Positions 55,319-62,728 of a DNA stretch of 64,000 bases are shown piece by piece (positions within the stretch are counted from its first letter, which is position 1; each line of letters begins with the position of its first letter). The translations under genes and the position numbers were made by a program. This DNA is from Chitinophaga pinensis. GTDB taxonomy: Bacteria > Bacteroidota > Bacteroidia > Chitinophagales > CAIOSU01. The stretch lies in contig CAMDKI010000004.1 in assembly GCA_945901065.1 (NCBI GenBank), positions 29,166 to 93,165 on the forward strand. Reading direction: 5' to 3'. The notes under the pieces were generated by a model. The model was not told where the DNA came from, did not search any database, and saw only the letters and a list, made by a program, of their open reading frames with translations.

Positions 55319-56224
55319 TCAATCCATATTATGGGCAGGGGCGCCTAGTGGTATGTTTATCACTACACGGTTGCCTTTGCCCAAATAGGTAATATCTAGC
55401 ATGGAGTTGGCCATGGCTATACCGCGGCCGTGGTTGTCAAACACTCGGTCTTCATCAAAGTGTAGATACTTTTGAAAATCGAAACCATCACCTTCGTCAA
55501 CCAAGGTAAGTAGTATGCGGTCTTCATTTTTATCAAAGTAAAGGGTTGCCCAACGGTCTTTGTATTCAGGTAGTTCTAGGCGGCGATCAATTTCTTCAAA
55601 AAGACCATTGCTATCAATCAGATTACTTTTCTCGTCGTAAGAGATACCCAAGTTGCCGTGCTCAATAGCGTTGTTGAACAACTCGCAAATGATAAGGCAC
55701 TCACGTGAGTTTGGTGAGGTATTGGCTATAAATACTGATAGTTTTTGGGCCTCTTGTATTGTTTTAAACCTAAACTGGCCTTGCATTAGGCTTTCTAATG
55801 GGTTCCTAACTTTTTCAAGCTCGTTAGCAAGGTGCAGCAAGTTTTGCCTATCGGCAATGGCGGCGCTTAGTACCGAGTTGAGGAAATCTTTTTGAAATGG
55901 CTTGGTAACGTAGTAAAATGCACCGGCATTGATACCGCTTTTGATTTCATCGGGGCTGTTGCGGCCAGTGAGCATTATCACGGGAATGTCTTTATAGTCC
56001 TCCTCCCGCTTCATCCACTTCAACAAGTCCACACCACTCATGCCGGGCATTTCCCAGTCAAGAATTATGGCAAGAATATCTTTGTGGTTATTCCCAAGTT
56101 CTTCTTTGGCACCTTCAGCATTAGAGGCAAATGAAAGCAGATAATCTTCACTTTTAAGTGCATAACCCAATAGTTTATGAAACATTGGGTCATCATCAAC
56201 TACCAATATACGCTGCTGGTTCAT
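55319..56224 (-). CDS. response-regulator receiver domain fused to a GHKL (HATPase_c_2/RsbW-like) ATP-binding domain
   Basis: REC motifs are VVDDDP, ILDWEMPGMSG and YVTKPF. GHKL motifs are the N-box ELFNNAIEHGN, G1 VDEGDGFD and G2 HGRGIAMA. Confidence 0.8.
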   Translation of the reverse strand: MNQQRILVVDDDPMFHKLLGYALKSEDYLLSFASNAEGAKEELGNNHKDILAIILDWEMPGMSGVDLLKWMKREEDYKDIPVIMLTGRNSPDEIKSGINAGAFYYVTKPFQKDFLNSVLSAAIADRQNLLHLANELEKVRNPLESLMQGQFRFKTIQEAQKLSVFIANTSPNSRECLIICELFNNAIEHGNLGISYDEKSNLIDSNGLFEEIDRRLELPEYKDRWATLYFDKNEDRILLTLVDEGDGFDFQKYLHFDEDRVFDNHGRGIAMANSMLDITYLGKGNRVVINIPLGAPAHNMD

Positions 56225-56331
56225 GTGTTTCTTTTAGGACACTCTAAGATACTAATTTTTGAACGATAGCCAATTTGGCATTGGCGTTCAACCGTATCGC
56301 ACTTAAGTATACTTCATTTGCAGCAATTAGC

Positions 56332-56366
56332 AATAAAAAGCCGGGCACCCTGCAAGCTACCCGGCT
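56332..56366 (-). terminator. rho-independent terminator of the pirin gene
   Basis: The minus strand reads AGCCGGG-tagcttgcagggtg-CCCGGCT followed by TTTTTATT. It is preceded on the minus strand by GTTGGTTAGTT (56370..56380). Confidence 0.75.
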
Positions 56367-56439
56367 ACCAACTAACCAACATATTTTTACACTACAATTT
56401 TTACTGTGGACTGTCGACCGTTGACCGTCGACCCAAAAA

Positions 56440-57153
56440 TTACCACTCCATAGGCACTTCGATCAAAAGCACTTTGGTGTTGGTGGTCGCGGCAATGGTT
56501 ACGTTATCGGTCTCGGTTACGCCAACTGCATCTCTGCGGCCCAACGATTGGCCAGCGGCAGTAGCTTCACCATCTATTAACAAAATGTATATGCCATTAC
56601 CCTGTTTGCGTACCGTATAATCAAGGCTATTTCCCGCATCCAAATCGGCCAAATGGAACCAAGCATCTTGGTGTATCCAAGTACCCTCATCATCGGGGTT
56701 AGGCGATACTATTTGTTGCCATTGGTTGTGTCGGCCCTCCGGACTAAATGATTTTTGGTCGTATCTGGGTTTCACGCCTTTTTCGCGCGGGAACACCCAA
56801 ATTTGGAATAATTTAAGCGCGTTTTGGGCATCCACGTTAAATTCGCTGTGCTGTATACCAGTTCCGGCACTCATTACTTGCACTTCGCCAGGCAAAATTT
56901 CGCTGCTATTGCCCATGCTATCTTGGTGGCGCAATATACCTTCCATGGGTATGGTAATGATTTCCATATTGTCGTGCGGGTGTTTACCAAAGCCCATTTT
57001 AGGGGCCACGATATCATCGTTCAATACCCTCAGTGCACCAAAGTGTACTCGCTCAGGATTATACCACTGCGCGAAGCTGAAACTGTGGTGGGCATTTAAC
57101 CAACCATGGTCGGCATGGCCGCGGGTGTCTGCTGAGTGGAATACGGTTTTCAT
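56440..57153 (-). CDS. pirin family protein (bicupin)
   Basis: Cupin metal motif GFGKHPHDNMEIITIPMEG...H. Size is 237 aa. Confidence 0.9.
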   Translation of the reverse strand: MKTVFHSADTRGHADHGWLNAHHSFSFAQWYNPERVHFGALRVLNDDIVAPKMGFGKHPHDNMEIITIPMEGILRHQDSMGNSSEILPGEVQVMSAGTGIQHSEFNVDAQNALKLFQIWVFPREKGVKPRYDQKSFSPEGRHNQWQQIVSPNPDDEGTWIHQDAWFHLADLDAGNSLDYTVRKQGNGIYILLIDGEATAAGQSLGRRDAVGVTETDNVTIAATTNTKVLLIEVPMEW

Positions 57154-57306
57154 AACTTGTTCTCCTTGTTTTTATTAATTAATGTTTGAACATTGATTAC
57201 AATAATAAGACAAATCCTTTAAAGGAAAAGTTCAATAAAAATAATGCTATAATATAGGGTTAATGCAAATGGGCTATATTTATCAGTGCATATTAACTTT
57301 TGCAGC

Positions 57307-58722
57307 ATGAAACATACGCTAATACTGGCTATTGGAGCCCTTTTCTTGTTGGTAGGTTGCCAAACGGGCACTCAAACAAATAATACAGCAGTTGAAGAAG
57401 TAGCATCCACTAAAAAATTGGTTGCTGGGCCCATGCTGGGTTATATTGAGCACCGAGAGGCTGTAATATGGATAGAAGCAGGCCTTGACGTTCGCGAAGC
57501 CAAAATTGTTTATTACCCTATCGACTCGCCTAATAAAAGTAACTATGTAAACTTGGAGCTTTGGCAAGAGGGTAGAGGCCCGAGAGTACATTTCTATTTG
57601 CCAGAGCTGGCTATAAATACTGCTTACCAATATGACATTTATTTGGACGGGGAGAAGCAGCAGTTTGATTACCCTACCCAATTTAAAACTCGCACCCTGT
57701 GGGAATACCGCACCGATGCACCCGACCTTACCTTTCTCTTCGGTTCGTGCAATTACATAAACGATAGTATTTATGACCGTGCTGGAGAACCTTATGGGCA
57801 GGATACCAAGATATTTGAAACACTCGCAAAGCAACCTGCCGACTTTATGCTTTGGTTGGGCGACAACACTTACTACCGCCCTGCAGATTATAGTTCGGCA
57901 AGCGGTATGGCTTACCGAAACAGGCATACGCGCAGCCTAACAGCCCTTCAGCCGTTGTTGGCAGCTATGAGCCACTACGCTATTTGGGATGACCACGATT
58001 ACGGGCCAAACGATGGCGATAAAACCTATGACTTGAAGCAAGAAAGCCTAAGATTGTTTAAGGAGTATTGGGGCAATAAAACATACGGCGAAGCGGGCAA
58101 TGCTGGCGTGTACAGCAAAATTCAAATGGCCGATGCGGAATTCTTTTTACTGGATGACCGATACCACCGCAGCCCTAACGCTTACCCAAACAAGCATACC
58201 GAAAAGGAGTTTTTGGGCAAGCGCCAAATGCAATGGCTCAAAGAGGGATTACTGGCCTCGAATAAATACGTGAATTTTAGGTTTATTGTAGTGGGTAGCC
58301 AAGTACTAAACCCCGTAAATGAGTTTGAGTGCTTTAGGCACTTTACCAGTGAATGGGATGAATTGATGGAGTTTATTGTGCAGCACCGTATTGAGGGCGT
58401 GGTGTTTTTGAGCGGTGACAGGCATATGACGGAGATGAACTCATTTCAACCGGGCAAGGAGTTTTATGTGCTTTATGATGTTACTTCATCGCCGCTTACG
58501 TCGCGCGCATTTACTACTATTGCCAATCACAAGGAATATAATAACCCTGCCCGTGTGGAGGGTACTTTGCTACCAGAGCAAAATTTTGTTAAGGCCAGTA
58601 TTACAGGCTCGTTTTTGAACGATGACCGTACACTTACTTTTGAGGCTATTGATGCCAATGGGAAAGTGAGATGGACGAAATCTTTCCATGAGCGGGATTT
58701 GAAAATGCCCAATGGAGAATAA
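57307..58722 (+). CDS. phoD: PhoD-like alkaline phosphatase/phosphodiesterase lipoprotein
   Basis: Lipobox (LLVGC) and metallophosphatase motifs WLGDNTYY, IWDDHDYGPND and LSGDRHMTE. Confidence 0.85.
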   Translation: MKHTLILAIGALFLLVGCQTGTQTNNTAVEEVASTKKLVAGPMLGYIEHREAVIWIEAGLDVREAKIVYYPIDSPNKSNYVNLELWQEGRGPRVHFYLPELAINTAYQYDIYLDGEKQQFDYPTQFKTRTLWEYRTDAPDLTFLFGSCNYINDSIYDRAGEPYGQDTKIFETLAKQPADFMLWLGDNTYYRPADYSSASGMAYRNRHTRSLTALQPLLAAMSHYAIWDDHDYGPNDGDKTYDLKQESLRLFKEYWGNKTYGEAGNAGVYSKIQMADAEFFLLDDRYHRSPNAYPNKHTEKEFLGKRQMQWLKEGLLASNKYVNFRFIVVGSQVLNPVNEFECFRHFTSEWDELMEFIVQHRIEGVVFLSGDRHMTEMNSFQPGKEFYVLYDVTSSPLTSRAFTTIANHKEYNNPARVEGTLLPEQNFVKASITGSFLNDDRTLTFEAIDANGKVRWTKSFHERDLKMPNGE

Positions 58723-58806
58723 CGTACCGAAAAAAATCGCGGAAGTGTGCAACGTTAAGCCAATGTAAAAGCTCTATTTTGATGTAACTTCGCAAAAAAT
58801 AGTGCT

Positions 58807-61800
58807 ATGCCACAAGGATTTCGGGTTTTATTGTTACTCACCATTTTATGGTGCTTTGCATCAATTGATGTATATGGTCAATGTGGTACTTTGGCCATTA
58901 CTGGCGTAAGCACTACACCCGTATCGTGCAATGGCGGCAGCAACGGCACCATTACTGTGCAAACCAGCGGTGGCACTGGGCCGTTTACGTATACCAATGG
59001 CACATCTACCGCAATTGGCGGAGCGGCTGCGTTTGGGTCTAGTTCTACACTTAGCACTACCAGCAGCGGCAGCACCAGTGTTTGGTGGTCGCCTGGTAGC
59101 TGCACCGATGGCTCATGGGTTTACAATAGCTCAAGCGGCTGCCCAGCAGGTTCGGCAAGGTTTAGCCGCAACACTGCTTTTGCTGGTTGTTTTTTACGTT
59201 CACCTCAAACTAATATGAATGGGGTGAATCTAGTAAGCATCACCTTTGATGTATCTCATTCATACGATCCTCAGCGCCCTAACGACCGGGCTAGGTTCTA
59301 TTGCTGGGTAAATAACGGCTACCCAAGTGCACCTACCACAGTAAATGGTGTTAGCGGAAATTTTTTGACTTTCAACCAAAGTCGAACCTGCCAGTCGATT
59401 ACCGTAACCCTTGATTTAAGTTCGGTGCCCACAAATTCTCGCAGTGACTTCTTGTTTTATATTGAAACCGATTGCCAGTATAACAATTGCTCTAGCTACT
59501 TTATGGAGGTTGATAATATACAATTTGCTCAAAGCTCCTCTTTCCAGAGCAGCAATACTTTTACAGGGCTTACGGCCGGCAATTACCCCATTACCGTTCA
59601 AGATGCCAACGGGTGCACACTTACGTATACCAGCAACCCCGCAGTAGTTACTCAACCCAACGCGCTATCAGTTTCAACTAGCTTTACTAGTCCTACTATT
59701 GTAGGTGGCAGCAACGGTAAAGCATGGGCAACACCAACTGGCGGAACCGCTCCATATACTTATGCTTGGAGTGCAGGTACCCCTGGCGCAACGGCTGATA
59801 CTATTAAAAACTTGACTGCAGCGAACTATACAGTTACAGTAACTGATAACAATGGCTGCGCAGCAATAAGCAGTGTTTCGGTTACCAACCCAACCTGTAC
59901 TTTGGCCATTACATCGGTGGGTAAGGTAAATGCTACTTGCGCGGGCCTTGCCAATGGTTCTTTTATTATTGCTACTAGCGGCGCTAATGGTGTAGTTGAA
60001 TATTCTATTAATGGAGGAGCAAACTGGCAAAGCAGTAATAGCTTTACCAATTTGGCCGCAGGCAGCTACACCGTTCAGGTGCGCGATGCAGCCGGCTGTA
60101 ATGCCAATGCCGCAGGTAATCCACAGGTAATTGCTGCGCCACAGATTATAAGTCTCAATTTTGGTGTAACTCCAGCTAGCACTGTTGGTGGTACCAACGG
60201 TGCCATAAACCTAACTGTAACGGGCGGCACTACTCCACGCACGTTTCAGTGGAGCAATGGGCAAAGCACTGAAGATATAAGTAACCTTGCAGCAGGAAAT
60301 TATTGTGTAACCGCCACCGATAACAGTGGCTGTACTATTACCGGTTGCGGAAACGTGACCCAACCAACCTGTAACCTAGCAATAACCAGCGTGGTAGTAA
60401 ATAACCCTTCGTGCAACGGCGGTAGCAATGGCAGTATAGCTATTACCACAAGCGGTGCCAATGGTGCGGTTGAGTATTCGGTAAACGGCGGTAGTTCATG
60501 GTCGAGCACTAGTCCTGTAGGTGGTTTGTCGGCGGGCAGCTACACGGTGCGGGTAAGAGATGCTGCAGGTTGCACCGCCAATGCTCCACTTGGTTCTTAC
60601 TCGCTAACTCAACCCGCGGCAATTTCGTTGGGTTTCAATGTTTCGCCCGTATCTGTTGTCGGCGGAAGTAATGGGTCAATTAACCTAACCGTAATCAATG
60701 GAACAAATCCATTAACGTACCTATGGAGCAACGGTGCAACAACCGAAGATATTAGTGCCTTAGCCGCAGGCCAATATTGCGTAACCGTAACGGCTGCCAA
60801 CGGCTGCACTGCTAACGGTTGCGACAATGTGGGCCAAGCGGGCTGCTTGTTAGCTATATCAAACGTTTCGGTATCGGATGTGCAATGTAATGGTGGTACT
60901 GACGGAAGCTTAATTGTAAGTGCCACTGGTGGTGCTGGCTTGGTTGAGTATAGCCGCAATGGAGGCAATACCTGGTCGGCCAGTAATTCATTTACTGGTT
61001 TGGCAGCAGGAAACTATACCATACAAGTGCGCGATGCCAACGGTTGTAATGCCACTGGTGGGCCCTTTACCGTTAGCCAGCCAACAGCATTGAGCCTAAA
61101 TACTGTTGTGGTAAACGTATCGCAATTTGGTGGCAACGATGGCAGCATCAACTTAACTGCTAGTGGTGGTGACACTCCGTATACTTATTTATGGAACACT
61201 AATGCCACTGCCGAAGACCTAAATGGTTTAAGTGCGGGCAATTATTGTGTAACCGTTACCGATGATAATGGCTGCACCGAAACCATTTGTGAAAATGTTA
61301 CGCAACCTGCCAGTGGCTGTTCAGGCTTTGCGGTAACCAATGTAGCCGTGGTGCAGCCGAATTGCCCTGGCGACAATGGTACCATAACCGTTAGCATTAC
61401 TGGTGGTCAGAACCCAATTCTGTATTCCATTGATAGTGGTGCTACTTTCCAGAATGGAGTGAGCTTGTTTACTGTTGGGGGTGGAGTATATAAAGTATTG
61501 GTGCGCGACAACAATGGCTGTGTGGCAGTTTATGGCAGCAATCCCATTTCAATCAACACACTTCAAGCAATTGTTCCGGTTGTTTCGCAGGTGGGCGATA
61601 CGCTGTTTGTAAGCGATTTAGGCACTAGTTACCAATGGCTATATGGTGGCAACCCGATTGCCAATGCCGATGATACCAGCTACACGGTTATTGCCAACGG
61701 CAGTTATACGGTAGTGGTAACCGATGCCAACGGTTGCACCTTTACTTCGGCAGCATTTTCAGTTACTGGAGTTGGAGTAACAGAAGTGAGCAATATGCAA

Positions 61801-62022
61801 TGGCAGCTTTGGCCCAACCCAACCGAAAACATAATTAGCTACATCATTAGTGCTACAAACGCAAATATTGAAGTATATAGCACCGATGGTAGGTTGATAC
61901 TAACGCAAACCGTTAACCAGCCAAGCGGACAATTAGATTTAAGTGGTCTTTCGCAAGGCGTATACCATATAAGAGTAGTGAGTGCTGAAGGCCAAGCAAT
62001 TAGGCGAGTGATAAAATATTAA
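58807..62022 (+). CDS. large SprB-repeat cell-surface protein with a T9SS C-terminal sorting domain
   Basis: Signal peptide. At least 10 SprB-type repeats (CNGGSNG.I.....GG..P..Y.W......GL.AG.Y.V.V.D.NGC). The CTD is LWPNPTENIISY...GVYHIRVVSAEGQAIRRVIKY. Confidence 0.8.
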   Translation: MPQGFRVLLLLTILWCFASIDVYGQCGTLAITGVSTTPVSCNGGSNGTITVQTSGGTGPFTYTNGTSTAIGGAAAFGSSSTLSTTSSGSTSVWWSPGSCTDGSWVYNSSSGCPAGSARFSRNTAFAGCFLRSPQTNMNGVNLVSITFDVSHSYDPQRPNDRARFYCWVNNGYPSAPTTVNGVSGNFLTFNQSRTCQSITVTLDLSSVPTNSRSDFLFYIETDCQYNNCSSYFMEVDNIQFAQSSSFQSSNTFTGLTAGNYPITVQDANGCTLTYTSNPAVVTQPNALSVSTSFTSPTIVGGSNGKAWATPTGGTAPYTYAWSAGTPGATADTIKNLTAANYTVTVTDNNGCAAISSVSVTNPTCTLAITSVGKVNATCAGLANGSFIIATSGANGVVEYSINGGANWQSSNSFTNLAAGSYTVQVRDAAGCNANAAGNPQVIAAPQIISLNFGVTPASTVGGTNGAINLTVTGGTTPRTFQWSNGQSTEDISNLAAGNYCVTATDNSGCTITGCGNVTQPTCNLAITSVVVNNPSCNGGSNGSIAITTSGANGAVEYSVNGGSSWSSTSPVGGLSAGSYTVRVRDAAGCTANAPLGSYSLTQPAAISLGFNVSPVSVVGGSNGSINLTVINGTNPLTYLWSNGATTEDISALAAGQYCVTVTAANGCTANGCDNVGQAGCLLAISNVSVSDVQCNGGTDGSLIVSATGGAGLVEYSRNGGNTWSASNSFTGLAAGNYTIQVRDANGCNATGGPFTVSQPTALSLNTVVVNVSQFGGNDGSINLTASGGDTPYTYLWNTNATAEDLNGLSAGNYCVTVTDDNGCTETICENVTQPASGCSGFAVTNVAVVQPNCPGDNGTITVSITGGQNPILYSIDSGATFQNGVSLFTVGGGVYKVLVRDNNGCVAVYGSNPISINTLQAIVPVVSQVGDTLFVSDLGTSYQWLYGGNPIANADDTSYTVIANGSYTVVVTDANGCTFTSAAFSVTGVGVTEVSNMQWQLWPNPTENIISYIISATNANIEVYSTDGRLILTQTVNQPSGQLDLSGLSQGVYHIRVVSAEGQAIRRVIKY
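59896..61317 (+). repeat. three exact-period 474-bp (158-codon) tandem coding modules inside the SprB-repeat gene
   Basis: Module-initial Cys codons lie at 59896, 60370, 60844 and 61318. Each module consists of two SprB repeats, and a fourth partial module follows. Confidence 0.8.
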
Positions 62023-62065
62023 AAATTGCCTTTATCTGCAATAAATTGCTATTCATCGGTATACA

Positions 62066-62104
62066 AGCGAGGTTCAACGAAAAGAGTTGAACCTCGCTTT
62101 TTTT
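62066..62104 (+). terminator. rho-independent terminator
   Basis: AGCGAGGTTCAAC-gaaaaga-GTTGAACCTCGCT followed by T7. Confidence 0.85.
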
Positions 62105-62110
62105 ACGTTG

Positions 62111-62118
62111 TATATTTG
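62111..62118 (+). promoter_or_regulatory. candidate -7 promoter box (TATATTTG)
   Basis: Exact TAnnTTTG match immediately after the terminator. It could drive a transcript of about 125 nt ending at the terminator at 62217..62251. Confidence 0.3.
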
Positions 62119-62190
62119 TATCAACAATTAGAGTTTAAAATAAAATGACGAAGATTTAAAACATTTTGTTGAGTCCTGCGTTGTATAGAT

Positions 62191-62251
62191 ATAGTTGGTT
62201 AGTTAGTTGTGTAATGCCGGCGGAGAGTGGTTCCTTCGCCGGATTTTTTTT
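62191..62251 (+). repeat. 61-nt G/U-tract-plus-terminator module, copy 1
   Basis: ATAGTTGGTTAGTTAGTTGTGTAATG, then hairpin CCGGCGGAG/CTTCGCCGG, then T8. It matches 62553..62613 at 60 of 61 positions. Confidence 0.85.
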
Positions 62252-62430
62252 GCCTTTTTTAGAACGCCGGCGATATAACTTCTTTCGATGGGCCATCTAA
62301 ATATTTATTTTTTCAATCAACTTACAATTTAATTCATTTATCGGTTATTTTCGTCAGTTTAACGAAAATGATAAACTATAGTTAAACCGCATCGTATCTT
62401 GCAGTGTTATTAGTTCTGAAACATAATGGT

Positions 62431-62524
62431 AAATGGTTGCCTCTAGGTGAGTAATAAGGTTACAAGATGTGTGCGAAGCTGAAAAATACCCCGAAACGTG
62501 GCAGAAAAGGAGAGGCAACCATTT
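62431..62524. other. perfect 14-bp long-range inverted repeat enclosing 66 nt (candidate structured RNA)
   Basis: AAATGGTTGCCTCT (62431..62444) pairs with AGAGGCAACCATTT (62511..62524), followed by TTTTAT. There is no ORF and I recognise no riboswitch consensus. Confidence 0.4.
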
Positions 62525-62552
62525 TTATCATCCCTATAAAGCATATTAAGTA

Positions 62553-62613
62553 ATAGTTGGTTAGTTAGTTGTGTAATGCCGGCGAAGAGTGGTTCCTTCG
62601 CCGGATTTTTTTT
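62553..62613 (+). repeat. 61-nt G/U-tract-plus-terminator module, copy 2
   Basis: Same as copy 1 except for one G-to-A change in the stem, which turns a G-U pair into an A-U pair (CCGGCGAAG/CTTCGCCGG). T8 follows. Confidence 0.85.
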
Positions 62614-62728
62614 GTCTATTTAGGTTTACATCAACGATATGCGCATTTACCCTTGCGACATGCAACCGCTTAGCTTATATTAGCGTTTAGTTATCACACG
62701 CTATCTTTACCCCTGAAACCTGCATTTA

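Noticed and set aside
57319-57927. A 202-aa minus-strand ORF
   Set aside because: It is antisense to the PhoD-like phosphatase gene, which carries the metallophosphatase motifs.
59896-61560. Regularly spaced repeats that might be read as a CRISPR-like array
   Set aside because: The period is 474 bp, the repeats are in frame, and they encode SprB repeats within one long ORF. There are no short direct repeats with unique spacers anywhere in the window.
62431-62524. The 14-bp inverted repeat as a retron msr/msd or a tracrRNA-type element
   Set aside because: No reverse transcriptase, Cas gene or CRISPR array is in the window. The downstream gene is a metallohydrolase.
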